DNA from: Pachysolen tannophilus NRRL Y-2460
Taxonomy: Eukaryota
Length of the DNA stretch: 64,000 bases
Assembly (NCBI GenBank): GCA_001661245.1
Contig: KV454014.1
Coordinates: forward strand, 62,001-126,000
Direction: 5' to 3'
Below are positions 1 through 16,068 of this stretch, in pieces; position 1 is the first letter of the stretch; each line of letters starts with the position of its first letter. Both the position numbers and the translations under genes were made by a program. The notes below the pieces were generated by a model, which was not told the DNA's origin, searched no databases, and saw only the letters and a list, made by a program, of their open reading frames with translations.

Positions 1-2
1 CA

Positions 3-638
3 TCTACTTCTTCGTTAATGGCTCATTCTCCGTTAAAGGAAAATTCTTCTTCCAATTCAATAAAACTTGCTGCTTTAAGTAAAAAATTCAAATCGACTAC
101 GGAAAAAGTTTTACCTTCAATAAATGTATTAGTAGTTGAAGATAATTCTATTAATCAAGCCATTTTAGGTGCTTTCTTAAGAAAGAGAAAGATAAATTAT
201 AAAATAGCTAAAAATGGACAAGAAGCTATAGAAAAATGGAAAGAAGGAAATTTTCATTTGGTATTGATGGATATTCAATTACCAGTTAAATCCGGTATAG
301 AGGCAACAATTGAAATACGTAGATTGGAAAAATTAAATAACATTGGTTTATTTAATAATGATTCTACATTGATTACTGGTAAGAATCTTAACAATACTAG
401 CACTAGCAGTCTTGTTAAATTAAACTTAGAAGATGAATTGGATTCAAGTATTTTTAGAACACCAGTTATTATAGTGGCTTTAACTGCTTCAACTTCAAAA
501 ATCGATAGACAAAAAGCATTAGCTGCCGGTTGTAATGATTTTCTAACTAAACCTGTAAATTTGGTGTGGTTGCAAAATAAAATTATCGAATGGGGTTGTA
601 TGCAGGCATTAATCGATTTCGATCATTGGAAGGACTGA
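3..638 (+). CDS. SSK1: Response regulator Ssk1, C-terminal receiver domain (5'-partial; frame is open to the window edge)
   Basis: NVLVVEDNSINQAILGAFLRK...LVLMDIQLPVKSGIEAT...IIVALTAS...AGCNDFLTKPVNLVWLQNKIIEWGCMQALIDFD matches the Ssk1 receiver domain and tail. No stop upstream of ATG 18. Confidence 0.93.
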   Translation, partial: STSSLMAHSPLKENSSSNSIKLAALSKKFKSTTEKVLPSINVLVVEDNSINQAILGAFLRKRKINYKIAKNGQEAIEKWKEGNFHLVLMDIQLPVKSGIEATIEIRRLEKLNNIGLFNNDSTLITGKNLNNTSTSSLVKLNLEDELDSSIFRTPVIIVALTASTSKIDRQKALAAGCNDFLTKPVNLVWLQNKIIEWGCMQALIDFDHWKD

Positions 639-949
639 TATATATATATATAAATATATATATATTTCTATTTCTTTACAAATTATTATTATTCTCAGAA
701 TGTGTTAGATATTATCAGTTTAATTCAGGTTAATACTTTTAAATATACTAAATTGTGGAGTATAATTAATACTCTTTTTTAATGTGAAAATATATATATA
801 TGAAAGAACAAAAAATTGTAATTTTGATTCAACATGTCTGATATCTGATTAAAATAAAATAAAATAAAATAAAAAAGTTTTAAAAAAAAAAAAAAAAAAA
901 AATTAAGAAAAAGGAACTCAAAAACGGAACTAAGACATTATAAAAATAT

Positions 950-3900
950 TCACCAATTGATATAATCCCTTCCGACGCACCTATAGACTCTAAGCTGTCC
1001 ACTTTTAAGATCCCCTATTTTATAACTAACTTTGGAAATCTTACCGCTTGTGTCTGTTTCGAAAACTTTGAATTTGTTTTTCGTGCTATCAAAATCGTAG
1101 ACGATACATGAAAATGGATTGGAATCATTTGTTCCAACCTCATATTGGAACTTTTGATGTAATTTGTTATGGCCTTGAAATTTGGCCTTTAATGACAAAA
1201 TGTCCCCAGCTTTAATGTCATCATATTTATTAATAGTTTGATTTGAACTATTTCTGTAAACTAGCTGACCATAAGCTCTAGTACCAATTGGTTGTAAAAC
1301 TGGATATCTTTTCATCATTTTTTCAAAAACATAAGGAACTAATTTATTGTATCCAATGTTCGAATTTCCTAAAGATTCTGCAATCTTAACAATTTGTAAG
1401 CCATATTCTTGAGAGTAATAATCCAATAACTCTTTTCTAATTGAAGGAGCTGCTATTACATGCTGATATGTTGTTAATGTGTTGAAAGGATCATTGTAAT
1501 TGAAATGCAATTCAATAACTAACTGCGATAAATCTTGATACAAGATATAATAATCACGATAAATAACCTTCTTATTACCTCTTTTAACTAATTCATGGTC
1601 CTCGACTTCAAATATCATGTCTTTTCCATATCTAGATAACAAAGTTGGTGGTAATTCGGACTTCAACCACCAATCTGACGTTGTATTCAAATCAATGTCA
1701 GTCAGAGCAGCACTTTCTGAAGTCAAAGTGTTTGAACGTCCAATATGATGTTCTGAACTTCTTCTCGCTGTAGCAGTAGCAGTAGCAGTAGCATCATGAG
1801 ACTGTCTTCTATCTGAAGCGGTAATCGGAGGATGATCAAGAGGAAGCTGTTGCGGTGCTGGAGGTGCCGCTAAAGATGGTGCTGGTACTTGAGGTACCTG
1901 AGGAACCTGAGGTGAAGGCGGCGCATCTGATGGTGGCAAAGGAGGTGGAGCCTTTTCTCTATGAGGATGTGACACAGAAGTCTTACGAATATCAGTTGGA
2001 ACCGGGGGTACAGCAGCACTTGGAATAGGAGGAGATGTATCAAATGTCGTACTGGCTCTTCCAAGATGGCCATAGTCTGCATGAGGAGATTGGGGCAAGT
2101 CAGAAGTAGTACCAGATCTTCCAAGAGTACCAATAGGTGCTGTGGAAGGAACTGGTGGAACATCAGTAACTGGTGGAATAGGTGGTGGTGGCCTCGAGGC
2201 AGCGGTCCTGGAAATATTTGGGGTTGCGGGAAGGTGCTGAGAACGAGCCGAAGGTGGAGGAATAGGTGGTGCACTTGTATGAGGTACAGACGGGCTTAAT
2301 GTTGCTGTATTGTCTTCTGTCTCATCGTCATCTGCTTCATATCCTGTTGCCGTTGACTCTAAAGGTGCTGTTTGTAAGGATGGATTCGAACGTTTTGTTG
2401 CAGGTGCATGAGGTGGAACCGGAGGGACAGCTGCGGTTCCACCAATTTCCTTTTCTGATAAACCGTTCACAAAGTTTTGATCAGTACTTTGAACGAGCAG
2501 CACTTCATCTTCCTCTTCTTCTTCTTCATCATCCTCCTCTTCCTCATCTCCAACAGATTCATTAACAGAAGAAGCTATATTTTTCATGTTGCCTATTTTA
2601 AATGCTTCTTCCTCGGAAGTGTCTTCAGCATCGTGGACAATTGGTTTTCCATCTACTGTGCTACCCACTGGTAAGGGCCGCGATGGGGGCAGAGGAATTG
2701 TCTCATGTGAAACTGGAGCTGTTGTATCTTCTTCTTCTTCGTCTCCTTCCTTAACTGACACTTTACCCTCTTCAACTGGTTCTGTGGGTTTAGGTAAAAT
2801 TGGAGCAGCGTTTGCAAATGGGATAATTGAAATGGCTTCAGGTACATTAGAGTTTGATTCATCCTCTTCCTCTTGAGCTGTTTCCTCTACTTTCTTCTTA
2901 TGGCGTTTCTTAGCTTTTTCTTCCTTAGCTGAAGAAACAGCAAAAGGACTATTCATACCCATCATACCGTACATACCCATTCCACCAGACAATTTTGCCA
3001 TACGTTCTCTTAAAGCACGCTTGCGAGCCTCTTCTTCGTCCTCTTCATCTACTTCACTTGACGAATCTCCCTCTCCTTCCTCATCGTCATTTTTTTCTTC
3101 ATCATCATCTTCCTCATCTTCTTCTTCTTCTTTAGTTCCTGCTTCCTTCTTCACCTTTACTTCTTCTTCGTCGTCTTCTTCTCCTTCAAATTCTTGTTGT
3201 TGTTCTTGTAGATCGTTTTTTCCTTCAAATTCTCCATTTTCTCCAATTTCAGGAGATTCAATAGAAATTCTACTTGTATCTGTAACTTGCAGTATATCTT
3301 CTCTTTCGCCAGATATCATCAGCTCTGACAGAACACCTGCATTGGCTTGTTTCAGTTGATGCTGCTGCTGCTGCTGCAGTTCTTGTTCCTTCTTTCTCAG
3401 TTTCAGTTCCCTCTTTTCTTGTTTTCTTCTTTCGATCTCAGCTGCTTTAGCAGCTTCTTCTGCTTGTCTTTGTTGTAATAATGCAATTCTCTCTTTAAGA
3501 CTCAATTTTGGGCCTTCTTCTTCCTCGCTAATAGGCGAGGTAGCACTAACAACACTGTCATTGCTTTCCAGTACATTCGAGCTAACTGGTGGTGGATTAG
3601 GCAGTATAAATTGTTTAACTGGTGGTTTCTTATGATACGATTGCTCTGATGTTACCTCCTCTGGAGATATTGGTTTAGATTCTCGGTTAAAAGTAGAAAT
3701 ACGGTTCAAAAAAGCATTTTTCTTAGGATTTGATTCCGTTTGTTCATCTTTAGTTCCCTCCAGTTGAGCTGGAGCATTTCCTCCAACCTCATCTTTAGCC
3801 GCTATTGCAGCCATTGGCTGCAGTTCAATAATATCACATTCCTTATGAGATGGTCTTCGAGGTACCACTACTGCAGGTTTCTCTTCTTTAATCGTTTCAA

Positions 3901-4084
3901 CAAAATTTCTTGGGAAAATACCCTTCTTCTTAGAGCCGCCAGCATCAACATAACTTCCACTATACCACTCTTCATCTTCAATGGTTTCAACAATTATTTC
4001 CTGCCCCGCGGGGAATGGTAAATCATCCGGATAATCAGATGCATACTCATAAAGAGCGCGTACTTTAAATGGAACCGCCGACAT
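950..4084 (-). CDS. BBC1: SH3-domain, myosin-tail-interacting actin-patch protein Bbc1/Mti1
   Basis: N-terminal SH3 (FKVRALYEY...EEWYSG...GIFPRNFV), SLKERIALLQ, ALRERMAKLSG, acidic and Pro-rich middle, C-terminal domain with RDYYILYQDLSQ and DLKSGQLRVYR...RDYINW. Confidence 0.88.
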   Translation of the reverse strand: MSAVPFKVRALYEYASDYPDDLPFPAGQEIIVETIEDEEWYSGSYVDAGGSKKKGIFPRNFVETIKEEKPAVVVPRRPSHKECDIIELQPMAAIAAKDEVGGNAPAQLEGTKDEQTESNPKKNAFLNRISTFNRESKPISPEEVTSEQSYHKKPPVKQFILPNPPPVSSNVLESNDSVVSATSPISEEEEGPKLSLKERIALLQQRQAEEAAKAAEIERRKQEKRELKLRKKEQELQQQQQHQLKQANAGVLSELMISGEREDILQVTDTSRISIESPEIGENGEFEGKNDLQEQQQEFEGEEDDEEEVKVKKEAGTKEEEEDEEDDDEEKNDDEEGEGDSSSEVDEEDEEEARKRALRERMAKLSGGMGMYGMMGMNSPFAVSSAKEEKAKKRHKKKVEETAQEEEDESNSNVPEAISIIPFANAAPILPKPTEPVEEGKVSVKEGDEEEEDTTAPVSHETIPLPPSRPLPVGSTVDGKPIVHDAEDTSEEEAFKIGNMKNIASSVNESVGDEEEEDDEEEEEEDEVLLVQSTDQNFVNGLSEKEIGGTAAVPPVPPHAPATKRSNPSLQTAPLESTATGYEADDDETEDNTATLSPSVPHTSAPPIPPPSARSQHLPATPNISRTAASRPPPPIPPVTDVPPVPSTAPIGTLGRSGTTSDLPQSPHADYGHLGRASTTFDTSPPIPSAAVPPVPTDIRKTSVSHPHREKAPPPLPPSDAPPSPQVPQVPQVPAPSLAAPPAPQQLPLDHPPITASDRRQSHDATATATATARRSSEHHIGRSNTLTSESAALTDIDLNTTSDWWLKSELPPTLLSRYGKDMIFEVEDHELVKRGNKKVIYRDYYILYQDLSQLVIELHFNYNDPFNTLTTYQHVIAAPSIRKELLDYYSQEYGLQIVKIAESLGNSNIGYNKLVPYVFEKMMKRYPVLQPIGTRAYGQLVYRNSSNQTINKYDDIKAGDILSLKAKFQGHNKLHQKFQYEVGTNDSNPFSCIVYDFDSTKNKFKVFETDTSGKISKVSYKIGDLKSGQLRVYRCVGRDYINW

Positions 4085-4438
4085 AATAGCAATTGATTAA
4101 CTACAAATTAGTTCAACTAAGAGTAGCTAATTGATAAAATGGATGGATAAAACCAATTACTTGTTGGATTATACTTAATTGTTTAATTCATATATAGATT
4201 TATATATATATATATATTTATATATAAGAAACTGTTTAACTCAGCTTTTTGCTACACATTTATCTCTTCACTTGACACCTGGGGAATCGCCTTGTTCGGG
4301 TTCCTAAATGAGCCGTGTTTTGTACTTTTGACACGACCGTGGATCTGGAAGAGATGAGATCTCAAATTGACAACGACAATGACAATGACAATGACAAAAG
4401 AGCTAGAGAGCTAAAGAACTAAAAAGATGAAGAGTCGA

Positions 4439-9718
<5,280 letters not shown>

Positions 9719-10694
9719 TCATAAATTAAATCAAAATATTTTATCTTCCTATGGCGTTTATGCTTTGCGAAAGTTCAACAGTTGCTCGGCGCTTAAAAAA
9801 AAACTGCTTTATCTAATAATTAACCAGTTCAAATTGACATAACTTTTACTTTCAACAATGCTTTTTTTTAAAAAAAATATCAAACCAGTATCTATGTATT
9901 ACAACACCTCTTCCGATAACCCAAAAAAACAAAAGGAAAAAACAAAACAAAAAAAAAAAANAAAAAAAAACCAATAACTTGCAGCAAATCCTAAGGCGCT
10001 TAATTCGCACTCAACCTATAAGCAATATACAGTCACTTAAAAGCAAAAACTGATCCAATTCCAGTAAGAAAACAGCAATTCGTTTAAATAGTAATAAGTC
10101 TTGTTTAAATCTACTACAGTTAATAGTTTAGTTTTACTTCTACTTGGTGATGATGACTTAATCAATTTTCGTAATCCTTTTTTGGTAGTCCAAACACTAC
10201 TTTTTATTTTGACGCTAAAATAAGAGGAAAAAAAAGCGGTACTAAACATTTAGGACAAATATACTAACCAAATTAAAAAGCATTTCTAGAAATTAAGTTA
10301 AATTGAGTGATTTTTTATGGCTAGTTGTTTTAAAAGACTACTGTGCTTACTAGTTACTGGTTTTTCTCTTTTTCTCTCTCTCTGCAATGCTTTATTCAAT
10401 TATTTCTCTTTACATTACTTAATTATTATGTATTTTATACCAAACACAAACTCTTATTTGAGATATTTGAGATAATGCGCACTACCATGGTTATCGCTAA
10501 TCGTATTTTGACCTACTTTACAGATTATTGCATATCATATATAATGTTCTGTTGTTGAAATAATATGTGATTTGTGAGTAATTCTATATAAGAGTAGTTG
10601 AAATCCAGCTAAGGGGTGTTGTAATTGATGTGGTGAAACTTTAGGATAGTCTGAGGTTTTTCTTTTTTTCTTCTTACTTTTATGGTTTTTGGAA

Positions 10695-12188
10695 ATGTTG
10701 GGAGAGGTCTGCGCAGTAAAGTCTTCAAATTCCAAGAGAATTGTTACGATACTAGTTGTTGCTTGCATACAAGTTGTGTTAATAATAATTGGTTTACTGT
10801 CTTTGGGATATGTTATAACAGAAAATCAGAAAAACTTATTTGAAGACTTGGACGAGTCACTTGGAGATATGATTAAAGATCAAAATGATCCTTTGATGTT
10901 GGAAATAATGTCTGGGAAATTTGATGGTGATAAAGCAATCGTGCCAGAGCAAGAGTGGTTGAAAATTCCAAATCAGTTTTTAACAAATATGTATTATTCT
11001 CAATGGTCTGTTTATGAAGATAGAAACCATTTTCCAAGAGATATACCTTATGATTATATTTCCAATGTTTTTTATTGTTTTATTGGGATTGATGAAAAAA
11101 CTGGAAATGTTAAATATATGGATGAAAATAGTGATTTAGAAATTGAGTCTTTTTTCAAAATAGATAATAATTCAATTTTTAATCATTCTATCAATAAGAA
11201 AGATGAGTTGAAAATTAAAGAAAATAATTTAGAAAATAATATAGATCTAGAACATAATATCACTTTTATTGGGACTCATGGAGCAATTGATCAATTTATG
11301 GAATTAAGAAAAATTCATTCTCAACAAAATTTAAAAATTTCAATGTCAATTGGTGGTTGGGGATTAGGTGATAAATTTTCTGTCGTTATGAAAAATGACA
11401 AGAAATTTCTTAGATTTATTAAATCATCAATTGAAATGATGACAAGGCATGATTTTGATGGAATAGATTTAGATTGGGAGTACCCACAAAATGAGGAAGA
11501 TGCAAAGAAAATGGTGAAATTGTTAAAATATTTGAGATACGCTTTAAATCAAATAGAAAGAATCACAGGCAAGGAACCTGGCTCTTTATTGTTGTCAGTT
11601 GCTTCTCCTTGTTCTTTGGAAAACTTGAATGCTTTCCACTTGAAAGAAATGGATAATTATTTAAATTTTTGGAATTTGATGTGTTACGATTTTGCTGGTT
11701 CTTGGTCCCAGAAAGTAGACTACCATTCAAATTTGTATTCCACAAGACCTGATCAAAATTCGGTAGATAAGGCAGTCAAGCATTATATCTCAAAAGGTAT
11801 TAATTCAAGAAAGTTGATCTTGGGGATGCCTAATTACGGTAGGAGTTTCACAGAAACTTCTGGTTATGGTGAGAGTTTTAAAGGCGTAGGGAAAGGATCA
11901 CTAGATGAAGAAGGGATTTGGAATTATAATCAGTTGCCTTTGCCTAGATGTAAAGAAGAATTTGATAAAAAAGCAGTAGCTGCATGGAACTATGATCCAG
12001 AAAACAAAACATTTATTAGTTATGATAACCTGGAATCTGCAAGAATTAAAGCAAACTACGTTGTAGAAAACAGTTTAGGTGGTGGAATGTGGTGGGAAAG
12101 TTGTGGTGAAAATTATGAAAATATCAAAAGATCTACTGTCCATAACTTTGTTGACGAGTTGTATAAAAATTCACCTGAACTATTTTAG
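10695..12188 (+). CDS. CTS2: GH18 chitinase, sporulation-type Cts2-like, with N-terminal membrane anchor
   Basis: SIGGW, catalytic FDGIDLDWEYP (DxxDxDxE), NLMCYDFAGSWS, ISYDN, LGGGMWWESCG. Hydrophobic N-terminal segment. First ATG at 10695 (the track starts at TTG 10689). Confidence 0.85.
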   Translation: MLGEVCAVKSSNSKRIVTILVVACIQVVLIIIGLLSLGYVITENQKNLFEDLDESLGDMIKDQNDPLMLEIMSGKFDGDKAIVPEQEWLKIPNQFLTNMYYSQWSVYEDRNHFPRDIPYDYISNVFYCFIGIDEKTGNVKYMDENSDLEIESFFKIDNNSIFNHSINKKDELKIKENNLENNIDLEHNITFIGTHGAIDQFMELRKIHSQQNLKISMSIGGWGLGDKFSVVMKNDKKFLRFIKSSIEMMTRHDFDGIDLDWEYPQNEEDAKKMVKLLKYLRYALNQIERITGKEPGSLLLSVASPCSLENLNAFHLKEMDNYLNFWNLMCYDFAGSWSQKVDYHSNLYSTRPDQNSVDKAVKHYISKGINSRKLILGMPNYGRSFTETSGYGESFKGVGKGSLDEEGIWNYNQLPLPRCKEEFDKKAVAAWNYDPENKTFISYDNLESARIKANYVVENSLGGGMWWESCGENYENIKRSTVHNFVDELYKNSPELF

Positions 12189-12417
12189 ACCTTTATTGTT
12201 TTTACAAACTTTTATTAGCATTTCTCTGTGTGTGTGTTTTATTTTTTTTTTTTGTTCTGTTATTGTAAAATAATTTTATACACCAATAATTCACGTTTAA
12301 TTAGTTTATACAAAGGTTTATTGAAATTCGTAGGTATTCTCAAAACTAAAAAAAAAAAAAGAAAGCAGTAAAAAGCTAAAAAGAAAAAGAAAATACGCCA
12401 AAGCTATACCAAGATTA

Positions 12418-13857
12418 TCAAACCCTTTTAATATATTTTTCTTTCCAAAAAAAATATTGCTCAAACCTCTGACAACTAAAAGTCATGTAGTCAAAATCAA
12501 TTAAAGATATTTTATCTTGTATTCCAGCCCAAATGCCCCAATAAAACCCTGGCATACCATAATATGTACTTATTTCATCAATTAAATTATCAACTTGAGC
12601 TTCAGTGCAATTTGAAGTAGAACATGCCGAAAGATATGCTTTAGCCCAGTTCCGCATTATCGGGTTTTCCTTTGATGGCTCTGGAATCTTTGACTGATCA
12701 CAATCAAAACCTTGCCATTCTATAAAATGATTTGATATATCGAATGCTCTTGGTGCTGGTAACATGTACTCGTAGTCTATAAAAGATATTGGATTTAATT
12801 CTAAAGGTTGGTCTAAAGGTGTCATTTCTGTTCTCCCAGATTTCAATTCTTCTGATAATTCAGGTGGGATTATTATATTCCCACTCAACAAATCCGAATG
12901 ACATGAAACTTTTGGGGATTTATCTGCTATTGTCTTTGTGAGCCAATGTAGCTCTTTCAATAGTATTTCGTTTAAGGTATATTTTTTTGTAGCGGAACTA
13001 GTCTTGTATATTTCCAATAAATGTTTATATTGCAAACATTTTGAATATAACAGTTCAATTTCTGGTAAAATGTTGATCCATTTCTGTAAAATTTCCCAAA
13101 TGTTTTTAACAATCTTTTCCCCCTTATAATGTTCTTTTCTGAAAATTCTCAATTTTTTTATGCCTTCTTCAATATCGTCTCCATTAATTACATTATGCCA
13201 ATGACCCAACCTTTGTGCAATTAATGGGTACAATACTGGATGAGATAATTCTTCAGGTGTTAATGATCTTCCCGGTAAAAACCCATACACTAATCCATTA
13301 GCAAATCTTGCATGAATCGATGGAGCCAAGTTAAACGAATTTAACAACATTTGACTAACAAATTCACGATCTCTATCAATAATTAAATTTGTTCCCTGAC
13401 CATATGTTCTTATTAATACAGCTTCATTTGTTTTAAGATTTTTACAATGTAATAACATATTCGTTATCCCTCCAGTAAGCTGGATTACCGACAAATCATC
13501 TTGTGACCATGATGGGAAAATTAACGACAACATATTTTTCAACTCTTTTTTCAAAATAACATCTTCCTCAACAGGAGTTGCAGATAGTTTGATAAAATGA
13601 TTTGGTAAATACATTGAATGCGTAGAGTTATTATTTAAGATATTATTGTTATTGACATTAATAACTTTTTGAGTATTTGATTTATCAACCAAATCAGATT
13701 CAGGCCCCAAGGCTAATGATGAACTTGATGGACTTGCAAACGACAAATCATGTTTCGATGAAATCTTATTCGTAGATTTCTCCAACTCCTTACTGCTATT
13801 AACTGGTAAAAGATGTAAATCTCCACATGATAAAAGACAATAAACTGATGATAACAT
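12418..13857 (-). CDS. EKI1: Ethanolamine kinase (choline/ethanolamine kinase family, ETNK-type)
   Basis: LTGGITN, LIRTYGQGT..IIDRDRE, Brenner motif CHSDLLSGNII, FIDYEY, AFDISNHFIEW. The symbol is functional; strict orthology to S. cerevisiae EKI1 is uncertain. Confidence 0.85.
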   Translation of the reverse strand: MLSSVYCLLSCGDLHLLPVNSSKELEKSTNKISSKHDLSFASPSSSSLALGPESDLVDKSNTQKVINVNNNNILNNNSTHSMYLPNHFIKLSATPVEEDVILKKELKNMLSLIFPSWSQDDLSVIQLTGGITNMLLHCKNLKTNEAVLIRTYGQGTNLIIDRDREFVSQMLLNSFNLAPSIHARFANGLVYGFLPGRSLTPEELSHPVLYPLIAQRLGHWHNVINGDDIEEGIKKLRIFRKEHYKGEKIVKNIWEILQKWINILPEIELLYSKCLQYKHLLEIYKTSSATKKYTLNEILLKELHWLTKTIADKSPKVSCHSDLLSGNIIIPPELSEELKSGRTEMTPLDQPLELNPISFIDYEYMLPAPRAFDISNHFIEWQGFDCDQSKIPEPSKENPIMRNWAKAYLSACSTSNCTEAQVDNLIDEISTYYGMPGFYWGIWAGIQDKISLIDFDYMTFSCQRFEQYFFWKEKYIKRV

Positions 13858-14274
13858 GGCCCGTTAATATGTCCCAACCATTAAGCGATTATTACAATTA
13901 TGCAGGTAATAAATAAAATTAAACTGTGAAAAGCAATGGGAAAAAATGAAAACGAAAATTAAAAACGATTAATGGAAAATAGAACGGAAATTCACAAACC
14001 AAACTTGATAAACATCAAATACAAAAATGAAAAAAGACGATTTTTCTAGTTTTGATCAGATGATAAGCACTACTGATTACCAAATATAATAATACTAATT
14101 TTAAAGTTGGTGATATTTTTTAAATTCCAAAAATTTTCAAGTCTTTTTTTGGAGAAAAAGATCTATTTCGAGGCATGTGAAAAATTATAAAGGAGAAAAG
14201 AAGAAAAAAAAAAAAAAAAAAAACAATAAAATTATTCAAGCTAGTATGAATAGTTTTACGATAACAAGTACTAA

Positions 14275-15192
14275 CTAGGCTGCCCCATTAGCTTCTTCGG
14301 CATCATGCTGTGGTGTCAATTCATACTCGACATCTCTGTAAATTGTGTTTCCATCATGTTTTTCCTCATCTATTAATACGTAGGGCAAGTAACAATAATC
14401 GTCTGTTATCTTTGGAAAAATTCTTCTGTATGACCACCATGCCATTATACAACCTAATACGCTTCCTAGAATCACATCAACAAAATGATGTCTATAATCT
14501 TCAGTTCTAGAAAGGGCAATATAACAAGCTCCAAATGCTGGTATTCCACAAACTATGGTTCTCCATGACCCAGTATCTACATGACTAACTAAAAATTGGC
14601 CACATAACCACAAGCTTAAAAACCCTAATCCTGAAAAACTAGTTGAACTATGTCCTGATGGAGTGGTTTTGAATCCATCTAATAAAATCAGAATATTATC
14701 TGTAGTACAGACATCTTTAGCAAATACCATTGTATTTTCTGGAGTACCTTCTTTAACAACACACCTTGCCAAGAAATCAGGTCTGTGGCGGCCTATCCAA
14801 CATTTCAAAAACTCAGTAATCAAATCTGTTGTAAATAACGATAGAAATAATCCCAAGAGCGATACATACAAGACATATACCTTATGTTGCCTTGGTGTAA
14901 AAATTAATGAAACAAGTGTCACTACTGCAAATGGAATACCAAATGATGCAAAAAACAACAGAAATACGGGAACTCTTTCATGTTCCGCAAAAGGATGAGA
15001 AATTGTAAGATCATTAATAAAAAATTGCCTTTGAAAAGGACCTGGATTATAATTCCAATTTAAAATAAATATTAAAATTAAAAGTCCACAAAAGATAGCA
15101 TCAGAAAATCTCCATCTAACCAACAGAGGATAAAACTTCAACCTATCAAACCCAAAACTGTATCTATCACAGTACAATTCCCCCGGTGCCAT
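14275..15192 (-). CDS. DPP1: Diacylglycerol pyrophosphate phosphatase (PAP2 family)
   Basis: PFQRQFFINDLTISHPFAEHERV and the three PAP2 motifs KCWIGRHRPDFLARC, TTPSGHSS, SRTEDYRHHFVDV. Conserved-length start at ATG 15192; the frame stays open to ATG 15702 (see findings). Confidence 0.92.
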   Translation of the reverse strand: MAPGELYCDRYSFGFDRLKFYPLLVRWRFSDAIFCGLLILIFILNWNYNPGPFQRQFFINDLTISHPFAEHERVPVFLLFFASFGIPFAVVTLVSLIFTPRQHKVYVLYVSLLGLFLSLFTTDLITEFLKCWIGRHRPDFLARCVVKEGTPENTMVFAKDVCTTDNILILLDGFKTTPSGHSSTSFSGLGFLSLWLCGQFLVSHVDTGSWRTIVCGIPAFGACYIALSRTEDYRHHFVDVILGSVLGCIMAWWSYRRIFPKITDDYCYLPYVLIDEEKHDGNTIYRDVEYELTPQHDAEEANGAA

Positions 15193-15951
15193 GGTCTTAC
15201 TATTATTAATTGAATAAATTTGATGTTTAGGATTAATATTAAAAGAATTGGTATTGCTAAAATTTAAGTCTCGTGTACTGCTGCTACCTTCATATCCCAC
15301 TAAAACGGAATTTTGTGGCGTTAGAGCGAATGTGGCGCCTGGCTTGAAATTCTTTACCTTAAAGGGTAATGAGCACGTGGCTGAAGCATAATTAGAAGAT
15401 AAGGATTTGCTTTTACGATTGGTAGAAGCAAAATCGGCAGTGTCATTAGTGTCTGTTGGGTCTGCTAAGTCGGCGGTATCTGCAGCAAATGCTGTTGCCG
15501 ATGCTGCTGATGCTTTTGATGCCTTGGCAGCGATAGCGGTAGCAGCGGTAGTAGCAGAGTTTGTTTTCTCGGTACATACTTCATTAACAGCACTACCATT
15601 TTCCTGCTCAAAGGGAAAATCATTCAACTCATAACTATACTTCAAATTTTTGTTACCATTCAGAATCTTGCATTTTATCTTATCAGATACAATAGCTTTC
15701 ATCAACTAATCGTAAGTTTCATTCAACCAACAAATAAACTACAATAAATTTAAAATCTGATCTCTACCTAATTCTCAAGAGAAACTGAAAAAATTAAAAA
15801 CAAAAAAAAATAAGTGAAAAGTTATAAATTATCGGTAAATCCTTATTATACTATATGTTGATTCCCTTTCGCGCTAATTGCCTATTAGGGGAATACAACA
15901 TTTCAAATGTGATAAAATATAAAAAGGGGGAAAAATAAATACATATCTTTA

Positions 15952-15961
15952 TCGGCGGTTA
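15952..15961 (+). promoter_or_regulatory. URS1-like (Ume6-type) early meiotic element upstream of ZIP1
   Basis: TCGGCGGTTA, one mismatch to TCGGCGGCTA, about 110 bp upstream of the ZIP1 ATG in otherwise AT-rich DNA. Confidence 0.55.
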
Positions 15962-16068
15962 ATTTTTAAACATATATATATTTCTTTAATTACTTTCTTT
16001 TTCAATAAGTCAAGTTTTAATCTTGTTTTGAATTGAAATTAGGTGAAAACCGTTATTTAGAATTTAAA

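Noticed and set aside
1870..4021. Short overlapping and antisense ORFs within BBC1 (and similar ones inside GCN2, MUK1, BEM1, HSP78, NMD2 and others)
   Set aside because: Shadow frames of low-complexity or codon-biased coding sequence, many with non-ATG starts and no independent motifs.
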